From sequence record OZ346219.1: a DNA stretch of 64,000 nt; one strand, given 5' to 3'. The DNA is from a phage. The notes beneath the pieces were generated by a model. It made no database searches. It saw only the letters and a list, made by a program, of their open reading frames with translations, and was not told the origin of the DNA. Made by a program: the position numbers and the translations under genes. The stretch's first letter is position 1; each line of letters begins with the position of its first letter. Shown one piece after another: positions 1-10,694 of the stretch.

Positions 1-32
1 CACCCAACACCCGCCATTATACACACTTTATC

Positions 33-2711
33 TTAAATGTCAAACAGGTCTGTAAGAGATGCCACTTTTTCATATTGCAGCTTTGCAGCCGTGGTAATGT
101 TCTCCAGTGGTTTGACGAAAGTCTTATTAAACAACAAAGGCCAGTCCAACCACTTCAACACCTCTGATTCAATTTCTGGAGGAATACGAGTACCAGACAA
201 CCAACCAAAACAGATTTCTCCAAACGGATTTCGATCTTTCAGCGGTACAATCATAACCTTCTCGCCTTCACGAATCGGATCTAGTCCGAATTTTCGAGCA
301 TTACGATTATAACACAATACACTCTTAACCGCATATGGACAACCCTTAATCGGATACCCGTTTGAATCGCTGTATTTCTGTAGGTTGTTTGCAGATGATA
401 CCGCAGCAACCTCAAGATAATCAAGTTTTCTAAATTCTTGCTCAAAAATACCGTAGTATTCCTGCAATGACTCTTCACCTTCCTGCAACATACGGCGAAT
501 ACATTCTTTCAGTGATTTCTGACATGCTTTAGGGGTGGAGCTACGTTGCGTTTCCAAGCCCATGATTTTTAGCTTAGGTTCAGCAAAGCGCGTTCCTTCC
601 ATATCCCAAACATTAAGAGCATAACGCTTTTTACCAGTCCAGAATCCACCGATACCCGCAGATTTCAATGGAGGACCAGCAATTGCCTCACGGTCCATAA
701 ACATCAAGTGCTCATAGTTGTTCATGTACTCGCATAACTCGCGATATCCCTTGTCGATAATAGGTTCCATTCGATGTTTACCGAAATTATCAAGGAAGTC
801 AACAAGTTTTTCGGTATCGTCGAAACGGTCTTCCCCGCCAACCTTATCAACAACATTGTTAACCAGCACATAAACGGAGTCAGTATCACAATAACGAACA
901 TATGCAAAATCGGTTGTTCCACAAAGCTCGTTTAAGTATTCGTTAATCTTACGCTCAATCCACTGAATTGCAAGCTGACCAAACAAGGTGATCGCACTAG
1001 CGTTACGGAGATCATAAAAACGGAATTTAGGATTCCCCAACGCACCATAAAGGGAGTTGATCAAAACTTTACGAGAAAGCTGGTTTGTATTGCACAAGAT
1101 CGACTCGTCTTTACATTCTTCCAGCAATTTCTCTAAGGCATCTTTACTTAATTCAGAAAGCATCGATTTAAACGCTTCATCAAAGTCGTGACGCACTTCA
1201 ACGCTATAGTTAATGGTTCCTCCATAAACATGATTTTCATCGTGTAGAATCGCTTTACAGAGTTCAGCATTGCGATCACATGCCAACATCATGTTTTTGT
1301 ACTGCTTACGCTGATCGAATACCTTTTTAATCTCAATCGGTACGATACCGTGAATATCTTTTCTATACATCCATCCGTTAGGCGAGCAAGAATACTCATC
1401 ACTCGGACGTGGTGCAGTTTTATTGATATACTCGTGCATCGGTGCAGCATCAAAAGATCCAGCGATTGTTTCAGGCGAAATATTAACCTGTCGAATAATA
1501 GATGGGTACAGACTTGTTAAGTCAAAGCTCATCATCCAACGGTAAGCATTCGGCACAGGTTCTTTTACGAATGCGCCTGGATACGTCTGCTTAGGCTGTA
1601 TCTTATTTTCCGGTACTACTTTACCCTCAGCTTTCAGAGATCCGAAGATAATAGCATCCCATACTTTCATCGGGTTATAAACATGGTTAAATTTAATCTT
1701 TGCATAGAAACATAGACTATACACAAGATCGATAAATCCACGCTTTTTATCAATCGCCAGCACACGATCAACGTCGCCGATGTTATAATCGATGTAAAGT
1801 TGATGGTTGTCATCACGCAATTTCTTTAACGGACCATCATAATCAACCTTACCGATTCCTGTCTCATATTCAGCAACATAATCTAATGCATATGTTGGTT
1901 GAGTCGTAAAGCTAAATTTCTTGTACAGGTCAATATAATCAAGGCTTTCGATCCCCATGATCGTAAATGCTTCACGCTCGTTGCCAAAATCATCCTGTGA
2001 GATTCGGGATTTAATCTTACCGCACGGGCTTAGACGGTTAGCGGTTCTACTTCCGAACTTATTACTGATACGTTTAATGATATATGGAATATCGAATGTT
2101 TCTGTGTTCCAGCCAGTGAAACCAACGGGTCGGTTTTCCTCAAAGAATCGGATGTATTCTAACAGCAATTCATCTTCTGTGTCATAGACGTTATAAACAA
2201 CGCGCTCTACAATATCAGGTCGAAGAATAGACTTGCTTGCTTCCCAGATTTCACCGTTTTTTCCTTTCAAATCAAATACAAAGAAACGATCATGTACGGA
2301 ATCATAATGCGTAATTGCATCGATAGGATATTTCGCTTCTTCTGGTTTAGGAAATTCCGGTGCAGTGACCTCGATATCAACCCATGCTACACGGATTTTA
2401 TTTCGGTCATATCGAATCTCGCCTTTATATGTATCGGACAGATAGGAGATGATAAAATCATCCATCCCTAGTGCCTCCTGCCCCATTTCTCCCATCTTTT
2501 TACGCCATTTGTTGGCCTCGTTCATAGAGGGGAATTTTTTAGCAATGCAAGGCTTGCCATAGATATCTTTATAATTCGTAACCATACCAGGCGCGGCATG
2601 ATGAAATAAAGTTGGCGTATATTCAACGTAACGCTCTTGTTCTTGTCCAGCATCATCAATATAACGCTCGTAGATCTTATCACCTACTCGCTCACATGAC
2701 AGAAAATACAT
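33..2711 (-). CDS. 43: DNA polymerase, family B (T4 gp43-like)
   Basis: 892 aa; N-terminus MYFLSCERVGDKIYERYIDD and blocks SLYPSIIRQVNISPETI, YCDTDSVYV match recalled T4/RB69 gp43; AGGAG 8 nt upstream of ATG at 2711 (track start 2741 is GTG); tail ...SLTDLFDI resembles the clamp-binding peptide. Confidence 0.95.
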   Translation of the reverse strand: MYFLSCERVGDKIYERYIDDAGQEQERYVEYTPTLFHHAAPGMVTNYKDIYGKPCIAKKFPSMNEANKWRKKMGEMGQEALGMDDFIISYLSDTYKGEIRYDRNKIRVAWVDIEVTAPEFPKPEEAKYPIDAITHYDSVHDRFFVFDLKGKNGEIWEASKSILRPDIVERVVYNVYDTEDELLLEYIRFFEENRPVGFTGWNTETFDIPYIIKRISNKFGSRTANRLSPCGKIKSRISQDDFGNEREAFTIMGIESLDYIDLYKKFSFTTQPTYALDYVAEYETGIGKVDYDGPLKKLRDDNHQLYIDYNIGDVDRVLAIDKKRGFIDLVYSLCFYAKIKFNHVYNPMKVWDAIIFGSLKAEGKVVPENKIQPKQTYPGAFVKEPVPNAYRWMMSFDLTSLYPSIIRQVNISPETIAGSFDAAPMHEYINKTAPRPSDEYSCSPNGWMYRKDIHGIVPIEIKKVFDQRKQYKNMMLACDRNAELCKAILHDENHVYGGTINYSVEVRHDFDEAFKSMLSELSKDALEKLLEECKDESILCNTNQLSRKVLINSLYGALGNPKFRFYDLRNASAITLFGQLAIQWIERKINEYLNELCGTTDFAYVRYCDTDSVYVLVNNVVDKVGGEDRFDDTEKLVDFLDNFGKHRMEPIIDKGYRELCEYMNNYEHLMFMDREAIAGPPLKSAGIGGFWTGKKRYALNVWDMEGTRFAEPKLKIMGLETQRSSTPKACQKSLKECIRRMLQEGEESLQEYYGIFEQEFRKLDYLEVAAVSSANNLQKYSDSNGYPIKGCPYAVKSVLCYNRNARKFGLDPIREGEKVMIVPLKDRNPFGEICFGWLSGTRIPPEIESEVLKWLDWPLLFNKTFVKPLENITTAAKLQYEKVASLTDLFDI

Positions 2712-2793
2712 AATATAAACTCCTTCACTTACGAAAGACACTCATTATAGGGGAATCGACTTAGTTTGTCAATACCCCTATCCCATCAGTATC

Positions 2794-3156
2794 TTATCGC
2801 CCGATCTGATATTTCTCGATCAGCGTCCACTCTTCTTTCTGTTTGAAAGACAGTACACGGAAATTATTAACTTCGGTAGTTTCAAAATCACTATCAATCA
2901 GGGTACACAGATTCCACTGCGCCAGAAGTTTTGCAATGTTATTACGGCGTAATTCATCTTCCCACGTCATTTTAACACTACGACCATCTAATTTCAACAA
3001 CTCCTTGAAATGAACGATGTAATAGCGCCCCTTCTTCTGGAGAATATGACAAGACTGATACAGTGTCTTGTCTCGATTGTTGGCAATGCCGCAGCGGGTT
3101 AAAGTCTCCTTAATTTTAAGGAAGTTTTCAGGACTAATCAAATTAATTTCAATCAT
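2794..3156 (-). CDS. regA: RegA translational repressor
   Basis: 120 aa; KETLTRCGIANNRDKTLYQSCHILQKKGRYYIVHFKE matches recalled T4 RegA; sits between 62 and 43 as in T4. Confidence 0.85.
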   Translation of the reverse strand: MIEINLISPENFLKIKETLTRCGIANNRDKTLYQSCHILQKKGRYYIVHFKELLKLDGRSVKMTWEDELRRNNIAKLLAQWNLCTLIDSDFETTEVNNFRVLSFKQKEEWTLIEKYQIGR

Positions 3157-3157
3157 T

Positions 3158-3736
3158 TTACCACCTTTCTATAATCTTTTTAAGTCGTTTCCTTTCTGTC
3201 TGATTCTTAGTAACACCCGCCAAAAGTTCATCGGTCGCATACGGTTTAATGTGCTTCAATAACTTGTCCATATATCCCTTTTCATTAGCCAAATCGAGAT
3301 AAAACCGGGCGTCATCCATATTTACACAATATGCTTTCGCCACTGCCATTAAAACCAATTTTTGGTCCAATTCTTCTGTTAGTTTAGCCCATTTACCGTA
3401 TCGTTTCCCCTTAGAAATACTCTGTAAGAGATAATCAAAATGCATTTGATCTGGGAGGCCATGACCGATTAAATTCATCACATACGCGCTATATAGGCAA
3501 TCTGCGTGCTGGGAAAGAGCGGTGTTAATCCATCTCTGGTTATATGCAGAATTGTTTCCCACATTAACGCGCTGTTTATCTAAGGTGATATGATCCATCA
3601 GAGCAAATAATGCATTGTCGGTTTTCTCGGTGAATGTATCCGCTAATTCAGACACCTTTTCCCAATCACGAGAGCGCCATGCAATTTCATGCTCGTTTAA
3701 TTGTGTATCATCTTCACCGAAAAATTGACCTAACAT
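3158..3736 (-). CDS. 62: Clamp-loader small subunit (gp62-like)
   Basis: 192 aa; KRYGKWAKL and C-terminal KRLKKIIERW match recalled T4 gp62; start overlaps gene 44 stop. Confidence 0.8.
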   Translation of the reverse strand: MLGQFFGEDDTQLNEHEIAWRSRDWEKVSELADTFTEKTDNALFALMDHITLDKQRVNVGNNSAYNQRWINTALSQHADCLYSAYVMNLIGHGLPDQMHFDYLLQSISKGKRYGKWAKLTEELDQKLVLMAVAKAYCVNMDDARFYLDLANEKGYMDKLLKHIKPYATDELLAGVTKNQTERKRLKKIIERW

Positions 3737-4710
3737 TATACGAACTCCAATTCAACCATTAATTGCATTAACAAAAAGACAATGTGAATCTCTTTATCAG
3801 CCGCGTGTGCAAACATCTGATTATTTTCACCGATAATCTCGGTCAGACGGATAATCGACGCTGGCTTAACTTGAGTATACAACTCATTATAAAGTTTCTT
3901 GACAAATTGAGCGTATGTATTGGTATATCGCGGTGCAAGTTTACGCACATTAGCAAACTGTTTAGTTTTAAGTGCTTCCACCACATCTGTTACTTCGGTA
4001 TTGCTACTTTCGATAACCATGCTCAATACGCCAGCATCAATTTTGCCATGTTTAGCGTAGCGATCCAAAAGTTTCATTACGCGCCGGAAGTCTGGGAAGT
4101 TCTGCTTAACCAGTTCCGCTAATACGCGCATTTCTTCTACTGGCACACCTTCTTTATCAAGAATTGCTTTACACCGGACGATCATTTCTTTCATCATGCG
4201 AAGCTGATCATCTTTAGTCGGAGATCCAAACGTGATGGGGTCAAATCGAGATCGTAACGCTGGGATAATACCTTCTAGATCGTTTGCTGTGATAATGAAT
4301 GTCACGTTGTTTGAGTATGCCTCAGAGAAACTACGCAAGTGTCTTTGAGCATCAGCTAGCCCCGCTCGGTCATACTCATCGATAATAACAACTTTGCCTT
4401 TTTCTCTTTTTTCTTCATCGAGTGATACACTCTGCGCAAAGCGTGTAATCTCATCGCGGATAAAATCAATCTTACAATCTGCGCCGTTAACAAACAGATA
4501 ATCAACACCCACATCTTCGCAAAGCGCCTTAGCAACGGTTGTTTTACCAGTACCTGGCGATGGGCTATGCAGGATCATAGAAGGGATTCGGCCTTGCTTA
4601 ACAATCTGCGCGAAGATCTTTTTATCTGCTTCCGGCAGAATACATTCAGAAATTGATTTCGGACGGTATTTCTGTTCCCACTGAAACTCATTTTCATTAA
4701 CACTCAGCAT
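3736..4710 (-). CDS. 44: Clamp-loader ATPase (gp44-like, RFC family)
   Basis: Walker A SPSPGTGKTT, Walker B VIIDEYD; aligns to recalled T4 gp44; ATG 4710 with GAGGTGA SD (track start 4725 is GTG). Confidence 0.9.
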   Translation of the reverse strand: MLSVNENEFQWEQKYRPKSISECILPEADKKIFAQIVKQGRIPSMILHSPSPGTGKTTVAKALCEDVGVDYLFVNGADCKIDFIRDEITRFAQSVSLDEEKREKGKVVIIDEYDRAGLADAQRHLRSFSEAYSNNVTFIITANDLEGIIPALRSRFDPITFGSPTKDDQLRMMKEMIVRCKAILDKEGVPVEEMRVLAELVKQNFPDFRRVMKLLDRYAKHGKIDAGVLSMVIESSNTEVTDVVEALKTKQFANVRKLAPRYTNTYAQFVKKLYNELYTQVKPASIIRLTEIIGENNQMFAHAADKEIHIVFLLMQLMVELEFV

Positions 4711-4776
4711 ATAATCACCTCTCACAAATTACATCATTAAAACGGGGAGTATTTTATACTCCCCACAAACATTATA

Positions 4777-5463
4777 TTAGTCGGTGTAGCTGGAGTCAAG
4801 GTCACACGCGATCATATAAGATACGGTTTCACTTGCCAGCCATACAGCCTTACGGCGAGTGAAGCTCAGTTTGTAATCGCCGAAGTCAGTAGCAACCAGT
4901 TTCATGTTATCTTTACGAATAAAGAAATGGAAGTCTGCGGTTCCGGTATATTCGCCCATGTCAAGACAAAACATCTCATTAGGATTATTTTTGTCAATCT
5001 CTTCCCAACCTTTGATCATCAGACGACCATCAATCGGAAGAAATTCAAGGCGGTCCACTTTAAGCTGATTGCTCATTTTCATAAGCTGTTTCAGATCGTC
5101 GTTGCTCAGTTCGTAATCTACATCGCTTGCAGGTGGAGTAACTCGGCCTTTCGGTGATACGATAGCAGCAGCACTAGCACCAGGATAATTAATTTTCAGA
5201 CGATCATTAGACACACGAATGTTTCCGGTGCGGTCATCAACCGTAATATCTGCTTCATCGCCTACCAGATTCAGAATACCCAAGAAAGAGTTAAGATCAT
5301 AGATCCCAATTTCGTGTTCCAGTTCTTGATTCAGAGTCGCTTCACCATATACAACGTTTGTCATGTTTTTGGTGATCAGGACGTTTCCTTTTTTCAGGAT
5401 GATACCTGGGTTAATAGCGGAAAAGTTTTTCAGGGTAGCAATGGTTTCTTTAGTCAGTTTCAT
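4777..5463 (-). CDS. 45: Sliding clamp (gp45-like)
   Basis: 228 aa, same length as T4 gp45; MKLTKETIATLKNF aligns to T4 MKLSKDTTALLKNF; ATG 5463 with AGGTGA SD (track start TTG). Confidence 0.9.
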   Translation of the reverse strand: MKLTKETIATLKNFSAINPGIILKKGNVLITKNMTNVVYGEATLNQELEHEIGIYDLNSFLGILNLVGDEADITVDDRTGNIRVSNDRLKINYPGASAAAIVSPKGRVTPPASDVDYELSNDDLKQLMKMSNQLKVDRLEFLPIDGRLMIKGWEEIDKNNPNEMFCLDMGEYTGTADFHFFIRKDNMKLVATDFGDYKLSFTRRKAVWLASETVSYMIACDLDSSYTD

Positions 5464-5493
5464 CAAATCACCTTTATCATGTTAATCAATTAA

Positions 5494-5871
5494 TTACGGG
5501 TTTACTTCGTGCTCATTTTGAATCTTTAGCATTCTTTCGATAAATTTTTTCTCGGCTTCCTTGTCGGATGAGTGAGTATACTTCAATCCAATGTAAGCTG
5601 TCAAGTATTGTTGCAGAGCATAGACAGTAACAGGATTCTTTGCGGTCTTTTTGCCGTCGAGATATACCAGATCACCACGAACATCAAACGCAAGTTTACG
5701 ACGAATCACATCATCAACAAATTTATCTAGGACAAAATACCACTCAATACATTCTATCCCGTGACGGTAGTTCATTACATCATTATCTTTGATATAGTCA
5801 AACGGAATATGACATAATTTACGATTTTGTAGGATGAATAGCATTTGTTCTTTTAAGCTCATACGTTTCAT
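5494..5871 (-). CDS. Hypothetical protein
   Basis: Track ORF; ATG 5871 follows stop of upstream gene; no motif recognised. Confidence 0.4.
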   Translation of the reverse strand: MKRMSLKEQMLFILQNRKLCHIPFDYIKDNDVMNYRHGIECIEWYFVLDKFVDDVIRRKLAFDVRGDLVYLDGKKTAKNPVTVYALQQYLTAYIGLKYTHSSDKEAEKKFIERMLKIQNEHEVNP

Positions 5872-5875
5872 TCCA

Positions 5876-6253
5876 TCACTTCCCATCAGCAATTGCGATC
5901 AGACGAGTTACTACTACGCTAGCGGCTTCAATCAGCAGTTCATCAGTGTCAATCTGATAACCCTTTTCGAGAATATCTTTACCTCGAATAGTTTTAGCAC
6001 CTTTAGCAATTGAATCATCGTAATACTTGCGCATTGCCGCGATCCATTCTTTTTGCACCATATCATCAATATGCGCGTACAGTTCAAAGCGTGCTTGCTG
6101 CGGGATAACCTTCATTTTAGCTTTCTCGCTTTCTGGCATTTGTAGTACCCACGCTTTACGGATCTTGTTCATTGCTCGGTCAAATTCGAGACTGGTTTTC
6201 TTGTTCTGAATGTCTGCTACAGTAATTTTAGCCAGGTTTGCGGAAGTAGTCAT
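5876..6253 (-). CDS. Hypothetical protein at the position of T4 rpbA
   Basis: 125 aa from ATG 6253 with GGAG SD; lies between 45 and 46 where T4 has rpbA; assignment positional only. Confidence 0.4.
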   Translation of the reverse strand: MTTSANLAKITVADIQNKKTSLEFDRAMNKIRKAWVLQMPESEKAKMKVIPQQARFELYAHIDDMVQKEWIAAMRKYYDDSIAKGAKTIRGKDILEKGYQIDTDELLIEAASVVVTRLIAIADGK

Positions 6254-6283
6254 AATATTAATCTCCAAAATAAAATCAGTATA

Positions 6284-6514
6284 TCACGTTCTAAAGTTTG
6301 TTGCAACCCCAGCATCAGGGTAATCAAGTTTATCAAAGTTGGGGACCAGCATAAACTCATGATGACGGCAAGACAACATTTTTGTTATGTCTTCATCGCT
6401 GTATATGCTGTTTTTCATATCCCCCATACTAACTACATATTCTTCACCGGAATATAGATTGATTAATGTATACAATTCTAACTCCGGCTGCGTTACTCTG
6501 TCAAATGTTAACAT
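6284..6514 (-). CDS. Hypothetical small protein
   Basis: 76-aa track ORF; ATG overlaps last codons of gene 46; weak SD. Confidence 0.3.
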   Translation of the reverse strand: MLTFDRVTQPELELYTLINLYSGEEYVVSMGDMKNSIYSDEDITKMLSCRHHEFMLVPNFDKLDYPDAGVATNFRT

Positions 6515-8183
6515 TCATTTCAGTGAATCGCCCACGTTTAACCATCTTGAGATGACGGCTAAAATCATCAGGGTTATGGTCACGATGGCTGATAATATAC
6601 ACGTTATCATCTAACTTGTCAATGATGGAATCAAGTGCTTTTACGCCCTGAACGTCCGTAGCCCCATCATAAATTTCGTCGAGTACCAACAAAGAAATAT
6701 TAGTACCAGATACTTTACCAGCAACATCACGCCATGTAAAGAGCATCGCAAGGTCAATACGTGCTTTTTCGCCTTGACTGAATGATGTATACGAAAACGA
6801 TTCACGCCCCCGTGATTTGATTGTTTCGTTAAACTCTTCATCTAGCGTAAAGATATAATCCGCTTCCATGATATCTAGATAATACGCAATCCGATCATTG
6901 AAATATGGAATATATTTCTTGACGATAGACGCCTTAACACCGGAATCTTTCAACATTTCTGTTACAAATCCACGGTGATATTTTTCAAGAACTAGCTTTG
7001 ATTTTTCATTAGTGATCTCTACCAGTTCGTGTTCCAGTTTAGCAAGTTCTTCGGAATTGTCAACCCTTTCTTTTTGCAATTCTTGCATTGCTTTCTGGAT
7101 CTGTTTAGCCCGACCTACAGATGCCGTTAAATTCGCTCTCTGTGACTCTATAGCGCGTTTAATTTCCAAGACCTTAGTTTGTGCTGTCTGGAAAGAATTG
7201 GCTTTCTCTGCGTATTCTACGCGTTTCTCGTCAATAAGAGACAGTTTATGTTCGGCTTGTGCTTTTTGTTCGCGTACAGCCTGATCATTACCCTGAATGA
7301 TCGGTTGTGTGCACGTAGGACAGATCCCGCCTTTCTCGTGCATATGGATAACACGGTCAAAGTTCTGGATCTGCGCACCAATCTGTGCGATAGCAGTATT
7401 AATTTTAGCCAATGCTGCGCTAGGATCTTCCGGCATAACAACAGCCAATAGCTCATCGGTCAAGCGCGTTTCTTCGGCTTTAAACGCTTTAGCTGATTCT
7501 ACTTCTTTCTCGTACATATTCTGCAAACGCTGTAGATTCTCGGCACTCGCCTTGCTAGCGTCTTCTATGTACTTTTTATGAGTGTTGATTTGTTGCTGAA
7601 CGTGATTAGCTTTCATTTCCTGCATTTGGATATTCTGGGTAATCTCGCGCACATACGCTTTATTCAGTTTATCCATTTCGCCTAGCGTAGCAATATCAAG
7701 CAAATCCTCGACCAGTTTACGGCGACCCGCTGCCGGAAGACTCATAAACGGAACATAACCAGCAGTGCCTAAAACAACGATCTGTTTAAAGCTGGCTAGG
7801 TTCATTCCTATGATACCTTCAAAATATTCCTGAAAGTCTTTGGTGCTTGCGCTCTCGTCGATCTTTTGACCGTCGCGATGCACTTCGAAGACTTCCGGTT
7901 TTTGACCACGTTTGATATAAAACTCTTTTCCGTCCAGTTCAAACCAGACTTCGACTAACAGTTTCTTTTTGTTGACGCTGTTAATCAATTGGCCTTTCTT
8001 GATACTACGAAACGGTTTACCGAACAACACAAAGCAAAGCGCCTCGATCATTGTTGATTTACCAGCACCGTTAACACCAGTGATTAGTGTCTTTTTGAAT
8101 CCGTCTAGCTGAATCTCAACAGGTTCAGCACCCACGCTCATTATATTTTGATAGCGCAAGGTTTTAAAATTTAACTTTGCCAT
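6501..8183 (-). CDS. 46: Recombination/repair ATPase (gp46-like, SbcC/Rad50 family)
   Basis: 560 aa, same as T4 gp46; N-terminal Walker A TGVNGAGKST, C-terminal LLVLDEIYDG; long aligned blocks to recalled T4 gp46; ATG 8183 with GGAGTGGA SD. Confidence 0.9.
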   Translation of the reverse strand: MAKLNFKTLRYQNIMSVGAEPVEIQLDGFKKTLITGVNGAGKSTMIEALCFVLFGKPFRSIKKGQLINSVNKKKLLVEVWFELDGKEFYIKRGQKPEVFEVHRDGQKIDESASTKDFQEYFEGIIGMNLASFKQIVVLGTAGYVPFMSLPAAGRRKLVEDLLDIATLGEMDKLNKAYVREITQNIQMQEMKANHVQQQINTHKKYIEDASKASAENLQRLQNMYEKEVESAKAFKAEETRLTDELLAVVMPEDPSAALAKINTAIAQIGAQIQNFDRVIHMHEKGGICPTCTQPIIQGNDQAVREQKAQAEHKLSLIDEKRVEYAEKANSFQTAQTKVLEIKRAIESQRANLTASVGRAKQIQKAMQELQKERVDNSEELAKLEHELVEITNEKSKLVLEKYHRGFVTEMLKDSGVKASIVKKYIPYFNDRIAYYLDIMEADYIFTLDEEFNETIKSRGRESFSYTSFSQGEKARIDLAMLFTWRDVAGKVSGTNISLLVLDEIYDGATDVQGVKALDSIIDKLDDNVYIISHRDHNPDDFSRHLKMVKRGRFTEMNVNI

Positions 8184-8427
8184 TAATCCACTCCGCAATC
8201 ACACATTCCATAATATTAAATGCTAACACATCTTCATCAATATTGTAAACACTTGCCGCCTTCACTTTAACTAGTGTGTCTCTGCGATCTGGCAACATGA
8301 TCACATAATCCAGTGTCGCCGGATCATATGTCATAAAGGGATCAACATAAATCCCTTTATTCAATGCCAGATATTCGCGAAGACCTTCTATAACCCTGTG
8401 TCTAAGGTAGGTCATCGATAGAATCAT
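8164..8427 (-). CDS. Hypothetical protein
   Basis: 87-aa track ORF; ATG overlaps upstream stop (ATGA). Confidence 0.4.
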   Translation of the reverse strand: MILSMTYLRHRVIEGLREYLALNKGIYVDPFMTYDPATLDYVIMLPDRRDTLVKVKAASVYNIDEDVLAFNIMECVIAEWINGKVKF

Positions 8428-8984
8428 TTTAGTTTATGTTCCTCTAAAAATTCTTCAATTTCACCTTGCAGGTCTTCCGCTTGCTGTTCCAGAATATCGC
8501 GAAATTCACCTACAGTCAAGCGGTAATCGCATTTCACCAGTCGATGCGGGAGAATATACCCTTTATACATTGTCTCTGACGCTTCCAGGAATACCCCACT
8601 ATGCATGACAGAGATCCAACCTGTTAACGTCAATGGAGTATTCGGAAAATAATACTTGCCGGATTGTTTCCACTGTACGAAAGCACCATATACAATCGGA
8701 TTATATTCACCAACCACACTCTTAATAATGGATTCTACTTTGTCTTTTACAAAGTCGCCAATGTCCATAGTTATCATCAACTCTTTTGGATTAATGATTT
8801 TAAGGTAACGACGGTAGCCGTCATCATACCACATCTTAACAACTGACCGATCAATATTCGCTTTCAGATAGCCATAGATCGGATTCTTGTAATATGATTG
8901 TTTTAGTGTGTATGTGTGCACCAATTTAATAAAATGTTCCATTACCAACAAATCAGAATCAGCCGCGACCATAGTCGTATTCAT
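8424..8984 (-). CDS. Hypothetical protein
   Basis: ATG 8984 with GAGGAA SD; track start 9008 lacks SD. Confidence 0.45.
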   Translation of the reverse strand: MNTTMVAADSDLLVMEHFIKLVHTYTLKQSYYKNPIYGYLKANIDRSVVKMWYDDGYRRYLKIINPKELMITMDIGDFVKDKVESIIKSVVGEYNPIVYGAFVQWKQSGKYYFPNTPLTLTGWISVMHSGVFLEASETMYKGYILPHRLVKCDYRLTVGEFRDILEQQAEDLQGEIEEFLEEHKLK

Positions 8985-9276
8985 AATATGTTCCTCGTTC
9001 AATCTCATATTGTTTCAGGTCTTCTAAAAGTTCATCCACTGCTTGTTTCAGCACATGACGCAGCGTAAAGTAATAGCTTTCATCAAATTCTATTTCCGCG
9101 CGAGGAATAGAACGAAACTTACACTTAACCGTAGTATCGGTGAGTCGCTTTTCGACCATCATCCGAACTTCTTCATGCTCTTTGGAATACCATACATCAA
9201 CGGAGATCCCCTTGCGTCGAGCAAACATAGGCAATGCCGCATTAAATTCCATTACCTTTTGTGCAAGTGTTTTCAT
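8959..9276 (-). CDS. Hypothetical protein
   Basis: 105-aa track ORF; TGGAGT SD; ATGA overlap with upstream stop. Confidence 0.45.
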   Translation of the reverse strand: MKTLAQKVMEFNAALPMFARRKGISVDVWYSKEHEEVRMMVEKRLTDTTVKCKFRSIPRAEIEFDESYYFTLRHVLKQAVDELLEDLKQYEIERGTYYEYDYGRG

Positions 9277-9524
9277 CGTACAGACTCCATAGATCCACGC
9301 GCAATAACATTCTGGGTAATATCAGCAACCTTACGGGATACGATGTTTGTTAGCCCATCTTTGGTGATATTTTCACGATCAAATGGGATTTCGTCATGAG
9401 TCCACAAACCATAGTTAGATCGAAATGATAGCATATACTGACCATCTCGCACAACCTCAAATACATGGATCTTAGTGAATTTCGATAAACCTTCGTTGAT
9501 TTCTTTCAATGCATTAGTAATCAT
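9273..9524 (-). CDS. Hypothetical protein
   Basis: ATG 9524 with TGGAGG SD (track start TTG). Confidence 0.4.
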   Translation of the reverse strand: MITNALKEINEGLSKFTKIHVFEVVRDGQYMLSFRSNYGLWTHDEIPFDRENITKDGLTNIVSRKVADITQNVIARGSMESVR

Positions 9525-9578
9525 AACAACCTCCAATCAATTTTTAGAGAGTATAACGGGGATTTCTCCCCGCGTCAA

Positions 9579-10604
9579 CTAACTTTTTGCGCTATTTACC
9601 TCGGCTAAAAGTTCATCAGAAATACGCTTGACCGCCGCAAGTTCTTCCGGTTCTAGGTTTTGTTCTTCCAGATATTCATAGACCATCTGAATAGTGCTTT
9701 TAACTTCAATAACACCTGTTTCCTGTGATGCGCTACTCTCCAGCTTATGGACCACTTTTAGCTTGTGTACAACGGCCTCTAAAGCGCTTTCTAACTTAGT
9801 TAACCCATTATCAGCGACCGTTGCGATAAGACGCACACTAAGCCCCTTAAAGCGTTCTACATCGATTTTATCATCTGACGGGTAAGTGATACGCACATGA
9901 TAAGTTTTGTCATTCTGGATAAACTCCTTTTTGTGTGTATCGGTATCGAATACCCAAAAACCACGCGGATCGTTTTCGTCACCAGCCGTTAGTGTGTATG
10001 GTGTACCAATATACGTTACGTTACCGCCATCACTGATAGTATGAAAGTGACCAGAAAACACTTCACGGTATTTCTTGAGGAAGTCCGCGCTATAACCTTC
10101 TGATTTTAGACCTTTATAGAAATAGTAACCGGACAATTCCCAATGGCCTACACAATATTCGCTGAATGAGTTTTGAATAAACTCTAAAATCTCTGATTTA
10201 TTGTCATCACAAAACCACGGGAACAGATCAAATGATACACCATCAAAGGTGACTGTTTCCGGTTTATCGATAACCTTAATGCAATCATACTGGCTTAACA
10301 CTTCACGCGGTGCGTTAGGCTGGATCTTGTTTCGTTTAAACATATCATGGTTCCCGACCGTGATATAACAAGTAATTCCAGCCTCTTCCAGTAATGGGAT
10401 GACCTTAGTACGGTTAAATTTCATGGTTTCATGGGTAATTGCTTTTCGGCAATCAAACCAATCCCCTGTTTGAATCCATGTCTTAATATTATGCTCTTTG
10501 GAGTATTCAACCGCCTTCTTGATGGTATCAAGAATATACTCATGCACCCACGGATCATCGCCACCGATACCAGTATGCAGATCACCTAAAAGCAAAATTT
10601 TCAT
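9579..10604 (-). CDS. 47: Recombination nuclease (gp47-like, Mre11/SbcD family)
   Basis: 341 aa; calcineurin-like phosphoesterase motifs LLLGDLH and VGNHD; size and position as T4 gp47; GAGGAAGAG SD. Confidence 0.9.
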   Translation of the reverse strand: MKILLLGDLHTGIGGDDPWVHEYILDTIKKAVEYSKEHNIKTWIQTGDWFDCRKAITHETMKFNRTKVIPLLEEAGITCYITVGNHDMFKRNKIQPNAPREVLSQYDCIKVIDKPETVTFDGVSFDLFPWFCDDNKSEILEFIQNSFSEYCVGHWELSGYYFYKGLKSEGYSADFLKKYREVFSGHFHTISDGGNVTYIGTPYTLTAGDENDPRGFWVFDTDTHKKEFIQNDKTYHVRITYPSDDKIDVERFKGLSVRLIATVADNGLTKLESALEAVVHKLKVVHKLESSASQETGVIEVKSTIQMVYEYLEEQNLEPEELAAVKRISDELLAEVNSAKS

Positions 10605-10694
10605 AGTCTCTTCCTCTCTTCGTTTTCGATGCTCTCACTATATCACAGAAAAATAAAAAGGGAAACCCCTTTCAGAGTCTCCCCTATAAAGCCA

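Noticed and set aside
37-2187. Track ORFs inside the DNA polymerase gene (37-312 plus, 281-478 minus, 722-922 minus, 1957-2187 plus)
   Set aside because: Alternative-frame or antisense ORFs within a well-supported 892-aa gene; low-complexity products, no SD.
7012-7581. Overlapping plus- and minus-strand ORFs inside gene 46
   Set aside because: Embedded in the gp46 coding region with Ser/Cys/Leu-rich products; considered spurious.
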